Shown here in pieces: positions 35,194 through 44,006 of a stretch of DNA of 64,000 nt; the first letter of the stretch is position 1, and each line of letters starts with the position of its first letter. A program made the translations under genes and the position numbers. Source of the stretch: an uncultured SAR86 cluster bacterium (GTDB taxonomy: Bacteria > Pseudomonadota > Gammaproteobacteria > Magnimaribacterales > D2472). The stretch is from NCBI GenBank assembly GCA_902630885.1, contig CACOWI010000004.1:8762-72761 (forward strand), read 5' to 3'. The notes beneath the pieces are model-generated. The model was not told the origin of the DNA, made no database searches, and saw only the letters and a list, made by a program, of their open reading frames with translations.

Positions 35194-35895
35194 CTATCTT
35201 GCAGCTCTATCTTTTATAAAATAAGGTAAATATATTAAGTAAAAAACTGCTATTGCAAGTGGTGTTATGACTAATAAATGCAATGGCGGCTCAGGAAATA
35301 CATCCATCAACGAAGCGCCATCAGGTTTAGCCATTAAATACCAAAAATTTGCTGGATCGCCTAAGATTAAATTAATCACATAAACTATTGGCAATAATAT
35401 AAAAGCTGTTATTGCTGATACTTTTAAAATATCTTTTACATAAGGCCTATTTCCTAGACTTACTGTTGCATACATTATTCCAACAATAATCATCCCATGG
35501 CCAATCATAAAAAATATGTAATCTAGATCATGATGGCTTATATCTGGTGTAAGAATTGCCATAGACGCTCCACCCAAGCCCCAAAAAAAAGCACACAGGT
35601 AAAGAATTCTTGGCCCGCCTAACAAGAACCAAATTAAAAATATCTCAGAAAGATCACACATATGCAGTGGGATTGTTTCTCTCCAATCATAGGGGTTTGC
35701 TAATAGATAAAGATCTTTATAAGGAGAAATAATTACATGTGCAGCTATTATTGATGCAATTATTTTACTCATAAGTGATTTTTGATTTTCAGATTTGCCT
35801 GCATAGAACTTAGGTAAAAATATTGAAACTATAATTACCGTAAATATAGTCAGAAGGTGAACTGTACCAAAAATTTGAAAAGGCGTACCAAACAT
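35194..35895 (-). CDS. polytopic membrane protein (possibly YwaF/TIGR02206-like)
   Basis: Seven predicted TM segments and 'IPLHMCDLSEI'. The family assignment comes from memory of the motif only. Confidence 0.45.
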   Translation of the reverse strand: MFGTPFQIFGTVHLLTIFTVIIVSIFLPKFYAGKSENQKSLMSKIIASIIAAHVIISPYKDLYLLANPYDWRETIPLHMCDLSEIFLIWFLLGGPRILYLCAFFWGLGGASMAILTPDISHHDLDYIFFMIGHGMIIVGIMYATVSLGNRPYVKDILKVSAITAFILLPIVYVINLILGDPANFWYLMAKPDGASLMDVFPEPPLHLLVITPLAIAVFYLIYLPYFIKDRAAR

Positions 35896-35937
35896 ATTAT
35901 TCCCTATTAGATTTGTAAGTTCGAATTATATTATTAT

Positions 35938-37917
35938 TTATGAGTTGTTGAAACTATCGATCAAAATTTGCTCAGTTAAAATCGCAGGTAATATCTTAGA
36001 CTCTTTCATTCCTGGTTTCCAAAAAATATATAAAGGCACTCCATTTCTATTATATGACTCAAGAGTTTTGAGAATTTCGTCATTTTTATTAGTCCAGTCA
36101 GCAACAATATATTCAATATTATTTTTATTTATATATTCTTTTACATTTGGCCTTGATAGAGCAATTTTGTCGTTAGTCTGACATGTGATACACCATGCAG
36201 CAGTAAAGTTAATCAAATATGCTTGATTTTTATTTTGATACTCATTTTCTATATTTTTGTTCCATTCGACATAATTAAAACTTTCAAGGTTTAGAGCGCT
36301 TGGGCTCTCAATTTCATTTGATGTAATATTTTTAAATTGGTAGAAAATTACAAAAATCGCAAAAGATAAAAGAGTCAGTTTGTAGAATGGCTTATTAATT
36401 TTCAAACCAATCCATAATAATAATGAGATTATCAAAATTGTTATCAATAAAAATATTACTTCATTAGATGATGTCTGAAAGCTAAATACCCATATTAACC
36501 ATATTGATGTTGCAAACATAGGAAATGCAAAAAATTCTTTTAAAGTAATCATCCAGTTGCCTGGCTTTGGAAGATAATTTATTAAACTTGGTGAGGTTGA
36601 CAAAACAAAATAAGGAAATGCAAACCCTAAACCAAGTGCAGAAAAGACTGGCAGTGTTACTCCTGAAGGTTGTATTAATGCATAACCAAGTGCAGCTCCC
36701 ATAAATGGTGCTGTGCAAGGTGAAGCAACAATTACAGCTAAAACTCCTGTGGAAAAGGACCCAACCAAATTATTACTAGAACCAACACCACCAAGTCTAG
36801 TAAGTGATGAGCCTATATTTATATCACTTAAAAGAATTAAACCAATGATAAACATTAATAAACTAAGTAACCCAACTATAATGGGTGACTGCAATTGAAA
36901 TCCCCAACCTAAATATAAACCAGCTTGCTTAAGAAGAATCATGGCGATTCCAATTAATATAAACGAGATCATTACTCCTGAACAAAATGATAGAGCGTGA
37001 GCCCTAATTTTTGATGGAGATTGATTACTCATTGAAACAAAACTAAGTACTTTTAGAGAAATTATTGGAAAAACACAAGGCATCAAATTTAAGATTAAGC
37101 CACCTACAAAAGCAAATAACAACGCTTGTATTAACGAGAGATCCAGTGAGTTTTGTGTAATACCATCAAGCTCAGAATTTATAATGAAACTTTCATTATT
37201 ATTTATCGATATTACTCCTGTTAAAGAATCGAAGGGTACTGAATCCTTAATTTTTTTAACTTTCAGTAAGTAATTATTTTCTTCTACTGAAAGAATCTGT
37301 TCTGAAGCATGCTCGACAATATTTTGATCATCGACAAAAAATATTGCTGAGGTCACGTTGAATGGTGATGAAAATCGAATATTTATAAAATCTTTATCTA
37401 ATGATGCTTTTACTGGAAGTGTTTGATATGGGACCTTCATAAACCAATCATTTAAAGAAGAATCTGATTCGATTTCTTGAAGTGTTGTTTTAATAAATGC
37501 TTTTTCTGGTACGCATATATCGTCACAAATTAAAAAATCTATATTCGCCTCAATGTATGAGTTTTTATTATTAGAATTTGTAATCTCAAACGGAAAAATT
37601 ACAAAATTCTTATAGCCATAAGTCATCAAAGGCTCATATGGAATTAAGCTTGGGGTTGGCCAATATAAGTCACTTATTGAAATATTATCTTCGTGTGACC
37701 AATTAACTTTTAAAGGACCGCCTGAATCGCCAGGATTTTTCCAGTAGGTGTGCCAATTCTCTTGCATATCCATTCGAATACCAAGAAGCATTTTGCTCTG
37801 GTTGTCTTGAACATAATTAAACTTTATTAAAGATACATTTGCATGACCAGTATCTACAGTGACAGCATTAATAGTTATACAAAAAATTAATAAAAAGGAT
37901 ATTTTAAGAAATTTCAT
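35938..37917 (-). CDS. dsbD: thiol:disulfide interchange protein, DsbD/ScsB family
   Basis: N-terminal periplasmic domain with 'FLICDDICVPE', a membrane core with 'LMPCVFP' and 'ASPCTAPF', and a C-terminal thioredoxin 'AAWCITCQ'. I chose the start at 37917 (MKFLKISFLLIF..., a good signal peptide) because the track extension runs through a GC-rich hairpin. Confidence 0.8.
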   Translation of the reverse strand: MKFLKISFLLIFCITINAVTVDTGHANVSLIKFNYVQDNQSKMLLGIRMDMQENWHTYWKNPGDSGGPLKVNWSHEDNISISDLYWPTPSLIPYEPLMTYGYKNFVIFPFEITNSNNKNSYIEANIDFLICDDICVPEKAFIKTTLQEIESDSSLNDWFMKVPYQTLPVKASLDKDFINIRFSSPFNVTSAIFFVDDQNIVEHASEQILSVEENNYLLKVKKIKDSVPFDSLTGVISINNNESFIINSELDGITQNSLDLSLIQALLFAFVGGLILNLMPCVFPIISLKVLSFVSMSNQSPSKIRAHALSFCSGVMISFILIGIAMILLKQAGLYLGWGFQLQSPIIVGLLSLLMFIIGLILLSDINIGSSLTRLGGVGSSNNLVGSFSTGVLAVIVASPCTAPFMGAALGYALIQPSGVTLPVFSALGLGFAFPYFVLSTSPSLINYLPKPGNWMITLKEFFAFPMFATSIWLIWVFSFQTSSNEVIFLLITILIISLLLWIGLKINKPFYKLTLLSFAIFVIFYQFKNITSNEIESPSALNLESFNYVEWNKNIENEYQNKNQAYLINFTAAWCITCQTNDKIALSRPNVKEYINKNNIEYIVADWTNKNDEILKTLESYNRNGVPLYIFWKPGMKESKILPAILTEQILIDSFNNS

Positions 37918-37944
37918 AAATTGCAATTTTAGGCTATTAAACAT

Positions 37945-37967
37945 ATGGGGTGCATTATGCACCCCAT
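37945..37967 (-). terminator. GC-rich hairpin downstream of ibpA (candidate intrinsic terminator)
   Basis: The transcript reads AUGGGGUGCAU-A-AUGCACCCCAU (11-nt perfect arms) followed by AUGUUUAAU. It is the only such GC-rich inverted repeat I saw in an intergenic position. Confidence 0.5.
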
Positions 37968-37982
37968 CTCACAATCTGTGAA

Positions 37983-38435
37983 TTATTTATTAGAGATTCT
38001 TTTTGGTGATTTAATCTCTATCATTCTAGGTTTCTTTTCATCAGGAATGATTTTCTCAAGACTGATAGTTAATAAACCATTAACTAACTCTGCACCTTGA
38101 ACAACAACATCCTCAGAAAGGGTAAATTGTTGTTTAAATGCTCTTTGAGCAATTCCTTGATAAACAACCTTGTTTTCACCATTGATAACTTCAGTATTTG
38201 GTCCATCATAGCTAACTGAAAGAACTCCTTCAGCAAGCTCTATCTGAATGTCATCTTTTGATAATCCAGCTACAGCAATTTCAATAGCAAAGAAATTACC
38301 GTCTTTACTGATGTTGTATGGTGGATAGCTTGATGATCGATCATTAGACTCAGAAAGTCTTTGTAATCTATCAAACAAAGGTTCGAACCCTAGGACACGT
38401 GTTGTGAAAAATGGGTCTGTAAAGTTAAGTATCAT
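37983..38435 (-). CDS. ibpA: small heat-shock protein (Hsp20/alpha-crystallin, IbpA-like)
   Basis: 'YPPYNI.K.....F.IE.AVAG..K.DI.I', 'L.V' and 'G.L.I.L' alpha-crystallin pattern. 150 aa. Confidence 0.9.
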   Translation of the reverse strand: MILNFTDPFFTTRVLGFEPLFDRLQRLSESNDRSSSYPPYNISKDGNFFAIEIAVAGLSKDDIQIELAEGVLSVSYDGPNTEVINGENKVVYQGIAQRAFKQQFTLSEDVVVQGAELVNGLLTISLEKIIPDEKKPRMIEIKSPKRISNK

Positions 38436-38523
38436 AATAGTCCTCCTTAAAGCGACTTTATAAATGTGTATCTAAAATTAGCATACACTCATTAATGCGA
38501 AGATCCGTTATGGCATCCTCATC
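38436..38523 (-). promoter_or_regulatory. ibpA 5' leader with ROSE-like RNA thermometer (three hairpins; the last sequesters the SD)
   Basis: The leader RNA ends ...AAGUCGCUUUAAGGAGGACUAUUAUG. GUC(G)CUU-UAAG-GAGGAC pairs the 'UCGCU' motif with the SD, leaving a bulged G. Upstream hairpins are GAGGAU..AUCUUC and GUGUAU-G-CUA..UAG-AUACAC. Confidence 0.45.
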
Positions 38524-38530
38524 AGTCTTT

Positions 38531-38558
38531 ATTTATAGACATTTTTATCTTTTTCAAG
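38531..38558 (-). promoter_or_regulatory. candidate sigma32-type promoter of ibpA
   Basis: On the minus strand: CTTGAAA - 13 nt - CTATAAAT. The -35 matches the sigma32 consensus CTTGAAA exactly. The -10 is AT-shifted relative to CCCCATNT. The spacing is too short for sigma70. Confidence 0.3.
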
Positions 38559-38628
38559 CTTTATTTTTTTTTAATTTTAAAATATCCTTACATAAGAACT
38601 TTATATAAATTCAATTGTCTAATTTATT

Positions 38629-39033
38629 ATGAAAACCAAATTTATTTTGCTTACATTTATATTTTCTTTTTCTGTAATATTTAATGCTGAAGATATATCG
38701 CCTTCTATTGAGCAGGGACAAACATGGTACCTAGAATCAAGAAGCAATAAACTGACCCCATCCAGCAGCAAGGTTTTATATTATTTTTCTAATGATGCAT
38801 ATAACACATATCAAGCAAGAATATTTTCAGATTGGGATAGATTTTCTATTATTGATTCACGAAATTTAGTTAGATTAAATACAGGAGATAGGGTGGAAAT
38901 CTTAAACTCTAAACACTTTGAAAAAATATTTGAAGTTAAGCTTTTAGACGGTTTTGAAAAAAATAAAAAATACTATGTTATAAAGGATGATCTCATCAGA
39001 CATTTCAAATTATCTGAAGAAGAAGAATCATGA
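38629..39033 (+). CDS. secreted protein, unknown function (134 aa)
   Basis: Signal peptide 'FILLTFIFSFSVIFNA'. Its stop overlaps the next start (ATGA). Confidence 0.5.
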   Translation: MKTKFILLTFIFSFSVIFNAEDISPSIEQGQTWYLESRSNKLTPSSSKVLYYFSNDAYNTYQARIFSDWDRFSIIDSRNLVRLNTGDRVEILNSKHFEKIFEVKLLDGFEKNKKYYVIKDDLIRHFKLSEEEES

Positions 39034-39485
39034 AAACCTTTTTATTAATATTAATTATTTTTATCACATCATCTTGTGTAAATAATTCGTTGCAGCCTGA
39101 TGTTGTCTCGAGATCAGATGCTCAAAAACAACAATATGTGGTTTTTGGAATAATTAGAGATACTACTAAAGTGACAATTGAAGGCGATAGAGAGGTTGGT
39201 GCTGCAGCTGGTGCAGCAATTGGAGCTGTTGTTGGTAAAAATACAACTAATTCAGAACCAGAATCTGATATAGCTTCTGTACTAGGTGGATTAGTTGGTT
39301 CTGCAATTGGATCAGAAATTGGTTCAGCAGTGACCAAGAAAGATGGCATTGAATTATTAATTGAAACAGATGCTGGAAGCTTTGTCTCAATCATACAAGA
39401 GATAGGCTCATATTCTTTTTTCAATGGTCAAAAAGTCCGCATTATTAAAAGAAATGGTAAGTCCAGAGTTATACCATTTGAATAA
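39030..39485 (+). CDS. outer-membrane lipoprotein with glycine-zipper (SlyB-like)
   Basis: Lipobox 'ITSSC'. Glycine-zipper 'GAAAGAAIGAVVG....GGLVGSAIGSEIGSAV'. Confidence 0.6.
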   Translation: MKTFLLILIIFITSSCVNNSLQPDVVSRSDAQKQQYVVFGIIRDTTKVTIEGDREVGAAAGAAIGAVVGKNTTNSEPESDIASVLGGLVGSAIGSEIGSAVTKKDGIELLIETDAGSFVSIIQEIGSYSFFNGQKVRIIKRNGKSRVIPFE

Positions 39486-39937
39486 TGTCTAATGACATAT
39501 TTAATTTTATTTATAACAAAGCGTTAGATCTTCTTTCCAGAAGAGAACATTCATCTAAAGAAATTAGGGATAAACTTCTTTTACGATTTGACGATAAAAT
39601 TGTCATAAATTCTGTCATAACAAAGCTTAAAGAAAATAATCTAATAAACAATACAAGATTTGCTGAAGCATATGTTTCTAGTAGAAAAAGGAAGGGGTTT
39701 GGACCAAAAAAGATTTGCTTTGAATTGTTATCAAAAGGTGTAAGTGAATCTGTTGCAAATCGCATTATTAATGAAGAGGGTGGTTGGAAAAGAGCTGCAA
39801 AATTAGTTTTTACTAAAAAGTTTAAAAATGGACTAAGTTCTGATGTAAAAGACTCTTTAAAACAAAAAAGTTTTCTTAAAAATAGAGGTTTTGGATTTAA
39901 AGAAATTGAATCAGTTTTTGGCGATGACATGTTATGA
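39485..39937 (+). CDS. recX: recombination regulator RecX
   Basis: Three-repeat helical pattern 'AL.LLSRREHS..E...KL', 'NN.RFAEAYV.SR...G.GP..I..EL..KGV'. 150 aa. Confidence 0.8.
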   Translation: MSNDIFNFIYNKALDLLSRREHSSKEIRDKLLLRFDDKIVINSVITKLKENNLINNTRFAEAYVSSRKRKGFGPKKICFELLSKGVSESVANRIINEEGGWKRAAKLVFTKKFKNGLSSDVKDSLKQKSFLKNRGFGFKEIESVFGDDML

Positions 39938-39946
39938 TTCATTGCT

Positions 39947-41527
39947 ATGTCTTATGAGGTTTTAGCTAGAAAATATAGACCAGCTGACTTTGATGAAGTT
40001 ATCGGTCAAGATCATATTGTCAAGGCACTAATAAATAGCATTGAGTCAGAAAAAATACATCAAGCTTTTATATTCTCCGGCACTAGGGGTGTCGGTAAAA
40101 CAACAATTGCAAGAATTTTGGCAAAATGTTTGAATTGTGACAGTGACTCAAAACCTACTTCAAAACCATGTAATAAATGTTCAAATACTGTTGAAATAAG
40201 CACTGGAAGAAGCGTAGATTTTCTTGAAATTGATGCTGCATCAAATACACAAGTCGATAAGATTAGAGATTTAATTGAAACAGTTGAATATAAACCAGCT
40301 AAAGGAAGATTTAAGATTTTTTTGATAGACGAAGTTCATATGCTGTCTCCTGCAAGTTTTAATGCCTTACTAAAAACTTTAGAGGAACCGCCAGCTCATG
40401 TTGTATTTATTTTTGCAACAACTAATCCTGAGAAAATTCCAAAAACAATTCAATCCAGATGTTTACAGCTAAATCTTAAGACTGTTAACGAAGAAATGCT
40501 TTTTAATCATTTAAGAGGAATACTAAAAAAAGAAAAAATTAATCATGACGACGAAAGTATTCAACTTATTGCAAAATCTGCAAATGGCTCTGTAAGAGAT
40601 GGACTTACAATTCTTGATCAAGCAATTGCTCATGGGAACGGAGTTCTTAACAAAGAAGAAGTAAAAAAAATGTTGGGAACAATTGATAATTCTTTATTGT
40701 TTGAACTTCTAGATAGCATTATTGATGGAGACGGAAAAAAAGTTTTTGATAAGCTTGCAGAAATTGAGCAATTGTCGCCAGAATATGACGTTATTCTTAG
40801 AGATATGATATCTATTATTCATCAAATTTCACTTGAACAAGTTTTAAATAACTCTCATAGCGAAGATATAAAAGGATTATCAGTAAAGATTGATAAAGAA
40901 TTCTGCCAACTATTATATGAAATAGGTATGAATTCTTTTTCTAAATTTAAAGTGCATCCCAGTCCAAAAGAATGCCTAGAAATATGCATATTGCGAATGT
41001 TAACCTTTAACCCACTTCAAAAACTCACTGATGGAAGTCAAACTGAAAAATCTTATACTGCTGAAAAAAAAAGCCCTAAGAAAGCTGAAAAAATAATTCA
41101 GCAAGTTAGCATCTCTGAATCAAAAGACGTAAATGAAACGAACATACTACAAACTGATGAAGATTGGATGAAATTATTTAATTCCATCGAGCTAAGCCCT
41201 TTTGCAAGAAATTATTTTGGAAATATGTCGTTATCTTCTCATAAAGGTAAGGAAATAATATTTATTGCAGATAAAAATCTAGGCGATGTTCCAGAGAATA
41301 TTATGTCGGAGTTTAAAATCGCTGTAGAAAGTAAATTCTTAAATAAAATTGACATTAAAATTGAGAAAGGAGATGTAAATAATTCTCCAATTCAAGTAAA
41401 TGAAAGTAAAATGAAAGATGAAGAAAATAAGGCAAAAAATCAAATAAATAATGATAAAGATATTCAAAAATTTATAAAAAAATTTAATGGGAAGATAAAG
41501 TCAGATACTATAAAACCCTCTAAGTAA
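39947..41527 (+). CDS. dnaX: DNA polymerase III subunit tau (and possibly gamma)
   Basis: 'YRP..F.EV.GQ.H', Walker A 'GTRGVGKTT', Zn module 'CLNCDS....PCNKC', 'IDEVHML', SRC motif 'SRC'. C-terminal tau-specific region present. Confidence 0.92.
   Translation: MSYEVLARKYRPADFDEVIGQDHIVKALINSIESEKIHQAFIFSGTRGVGKTTIARILAKCLNCDSDSKPTSKPCNKCSNTVEISTGRSVDFLEIDAASNTQVDKIRDLIETVEYKPAKGRFKIFLIDEVHMLSPASFNALLKTLEEPPAHVVFIFATTNPEKIPKTIQSRCLQLNLKTVNEEMLFNHLRGILKKEKINHDDESIQLIAKSANGSVRDGLTILDQAIAHGNGVLNKEEVKKMLGTIDNSLLFELLDSIIDGDGKKVFDKLAEIEQLSPEYDVILRDMISIIHQISLEQVLNNSHSEDIKGLSVKIDKEFCQLLYEIGMNSFSKFKVHPSPKECLEICILRMLTFNPLQKLTDGSQTEKSYTAEKKSPKKAEKIIQQVSISESKDVNETNILQTDEDWMKLFNSIELSPFARNYFGNMSLSSHKGKEIIFIADKNLGDVPENIMSEFKIAVESKFLNKIDIKIEKGDVNNSPIQVNESKMKDEENKAKNQINNDKDIQKFIKKFNGKIKSDTIKPSK
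41064..41102 (+). other. candidate dnaX recoding element: A9 tract plus downstream hairpin
   Basis: GAA AAA AAA AGC lies at codons 373-376. The -1 frame gives AAG CCC TAA and the +1 frame gives 7 codons then TAA. A GCUGAA-N7-UUCAGC hairpin starts 12 nt after the tract. Confidence 0.35.
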
Positions 41528-41529
41528 AA

Positions 41530-42126
41530 ATGAATCAAGATTTATTAAATGAACTTATAAACGCTTTGACCATTCTTCCTGGGGTTGGCAAAAAATCTGC
41601 TCAAAGAATGGCTTTATATTTACTTGATAGAAATAAAGATGGAGCAAGTATATTAGCAAATACTCTTTCGAATGCCATTGAAAGTATTCAAAGGTGTTCA
41701 ATTTGCAGAATGCTTACTTCAAATAATCTGTGTGGGGTTTGCTCTGATGCAACACGAGATTCAAATAGTATTTGTGTTGTTGAAAGCCCATCAGACGTTT
41801 TAGCTATTGAATCAACTGGTGGCTTTAGGGGGAGGTATTTTGTTCTTTTGGGTAGGCTATCTCCAATTGATGGTATTGGGCCAGAAGACTTGGGTATAGA
41901 TGAACTTTTAAATATTTCCAACGATGATGAGGTTAAAGAGGTTATTCTTGCTACAAGCAGCACTGTTGAAGGCGATGCAACTGCAATATATATAAAAGAT
42001 CATATTAAAAATGCAAGGGTCTCAAGAATTTCTTATGGCATTCCCATAGGAGGAGAGTTAGAGTATGTTGATGGAACAACTATCGCACGTGCTATAGAAG
42101 GAAGGGTAGAAATAAATGTCGATTAA
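41530..42126 (+). CDS. recR: recombination protein RecR
   Basis: HhH '[13 protein letters not shown]', C4 zinc finger 'CSICRML....LCGVC', Toprim 'VVE...D'. Confidence 0.92.
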   Translation: MNQDLLNELINALTILPGVGKKSAQRMALYLLDRNKDGASILANTLSNAIESIQRCSICRMLTSNNLCGVCSDATRDSNSICVVESPSDVLAIESTGGFRGRYFVLLGRLSPIDGIGPEDLGIDELLNISNDDEVKEVILATSSTVEGDATAIYIKDHIKNARVSRISYGIPIGGELEYVDGTTIARAIEGRVEINVD

Positions 42127-42685
42127 GTCTGATAAATGGATTCAAAAAATGTCTAAGGATCATCAAATGATTCATCCATTTTCAAAAAATCAAGTCAGGC
42201 TTGATGATGACGGTAAGAAACTAATTTCTTATGGGGTTTCCAGTTATGGATATGATGTGAGATGTTCCAATGAATTTAAAGTTTTTACAAATATTCATTC
42301 GGCAATAGTCGACCCTAAATCATTTGATGAAAAAAGTTTTGTAGATATTAATTCAGATGTTTGTGTAATACCTCCAAACTCTTTTGCATTAGCTAGAACT
42401 GTTGAATATTTTAAAATTCCAAGAAATATTCTTACCATTTGTTTAGGAAAATCAACATATGCTAGATGTGGAATTATAGTAAACGTAACTCCTCTTGAGC
42501 CTGAGTGGGAGGGTCATGTCACTCTTGAATTTTCAAACACAACAAATCTTCCTGCAAAAATTTATGCTGGTGAAGGAGTTGCACAAATGCTATTTTTTGA
42601 ATCTGATGAGGAATGTGAGATAAGTTACAAAGACCGAGATGGAAAATATCAGGGACAAACTGGCGTTACTTTACCCAAGACTTAA
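42116..42685 (+). CDS. dcd: dCTP deaminase
   Basis: 'SIKSDKWI', 'SSYGYDVRC', '[26 protein letters not shown]' typical of Dcd. Confidence 0.92.
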   Translation: MSIKSDKWIQKMSKDHQMIHPFSKNQVRLDDDGKKLISYGVSSYGYDVRCSNEFKVFTNIHSAIVDPKSFDEKSFVDINSDVCVIPPNSFALARTVEYFKIPRNILTICLGKSTYARCGIIVNVTPLEPEWEGHVTLEFSNTTNLPAKIYAGEGVAQMLFFESDEECEISYKDRDGKYQGQTGVTLPKT

Positions 42686-43357
42686 AACTTCTAAAAGCTT
42701 TAATGTATTTGTTCTTTCAGGACTAACATCTATTATTTTAACGAACATATGTTCTAGTTCTTCTGCAAGATAATAAGTTACTTTTCTTTTGCTGTTTAAT
42801 CTTGTTCTCTCAAGTATTACACATTGCAATTTTTCATTATTAAAAATGCAATCTTCATTTCCAACAATATTAAATTCATATAATCTATAGTCTCCGTTTT
42901 CCATATCTATAATATTAATATTAAAATTTTCTAAGCCTTGTTTTACAAATGTTCTAATCATGATTTGAACATTTAAAGGATCATATATTAAATTTTCATT
43001 TATGGATGAGGCCCATTCATTAATGCCTTTAGAGCGTACTTCCATATTTTCATAATCAAATCTTAGGCTTTGATCTCTATCAAGAAATTTTGGTCTAATT
43101 TTTATTTCATATGAATCTGATATGACATCATCATTTTTTAATTTAAACCTTGATAAGAAAAATAAACTTGCAAACAAGTTTGATGCTTTGAATTTCATTT
43201 CGTAACCATCTTCAGTTTTATAAAACTCTCTTACTCCAGAAATTGATATTTCTTCTGATTCAAAATTATATTTTGCAGAGTAGGGAGGCACTTCAGAAGC
43301 AAGCGCATTAAATGACAAAAGAATTATTAAATAGAAATTTATAACTTTAGACTTCAT
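42671..43357 (-). CDS. secreted protein, DUF3108-like (conserved neighbour of purN)
   Basis: Signal peptide and a beta-rich sequence. Position immediately downstream of purN matches what I recall from Pseudomonas-type genomes. The family assignment is from memory. Confidence 0.4.
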   Translation of the reverse strand: MKSKVINFYLIILLSFNALASEVPPYSAKYNFESEEISISGVREFYKTEDGYEMKFKASNLFASLFFLSRFKLKNDDVISDSYEIKIRPKFLDRDQSLRFDYENMEVRSKGINEWASSINENLIYDPLNVQIMIRTFVKQGLENFNINIIDMENGDYRLYEFNIVGNEDCIFNNEKLQCVILERTRLNSKRKVTYYLAEELEHMFVKIIDVSPERTNTLKLLEVLSLG

Positions 43358-43997
43358 AAGTTTTTTTGATAAGTTTTTGGTTGTTAAGACTTATATTTAG
43401 AAATTTAACCACCCCATTATCTAAATAAATATTGTTATTGCAAATTTCTTTTATTATCTCTGGTAACAGTAAGTGTTCTATTTTATGAATACGCTCAATT
43501 ATATTATCCAATTTTGCATCTTTACCAACTTTAATAATTCCTTGAGCTATTAAAGGACCAGCATCCAATTCTGAGGATACATAATGGATAGAAATACCAT
43601 GGTATTCATCTTTGTTTGAAAGAACTTTTTTGTGAGTATCTAATCCTGGATATGCGGGAAGAAGAGAGGGATGAAGGTTGATCATTTTACTTGAATATTT
43701 TGAAGTAATTTTATGACCAAGTATTCTCATAAAGCCGGCTAAAACAATTAAGTCAGGACTCAATGAATCTATGTATTCTTCAAGACAATTTTCATAATCA
43801 ATTCTTGATAAAAATTTTTTATGATCAATTATTTTTATCGAAATATTAAATTTTGAAGCCCTTGTTAGCCCATAAGCATTTGGGTCATTGGATATAACTT
43901 TAATAACTTTTCCATTGATCTTATTTGTATTACATGCTTTTATTATTGCCTCTAAATTAGAACCACTTCCTGAGATCAAGACTACTATTTTTTTCAT
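43347..43997 (-). CDS. purN: phosphoribosylglycinamide formyltransferase
   Basis: 'VVLISGSGSNLEAI', 'LAGFMRIL', 'INLHPSLLP'. Confidence 0.9.
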   Translation of the reverse strand: MKKIVVLISGSGSNLEAIIKACNTNKINGKVIKVISNDPNAYGLTRASKFNISIKIIDHKKFLSRIDYENCLEEYIDSLSPDLIVLAGFMRILGHKITSKYSSKMINLHPSLLPAYPGLDTHKKVLSNKDEYHGISIHYVSSELDAGPLIAQGIIKVGKDAKLDNIIERIHKIEHLLLPEIIKEICNNNIYLDNGVVKFLNISLNNQKLIKKTYEV

Positions 43998-44006
43998 TTT
44001 AAATAT

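Noticed and set aside
39122-39942. Minus-strand ORFs of 100 aa (39122..39424) and 143 aa (39511..39942) antisense to the SlyB-like gene and to recX
   Set aside because: The sense products are recognisable (a glycine-zipper lipoprotein and RecX). The antisense products have no features.
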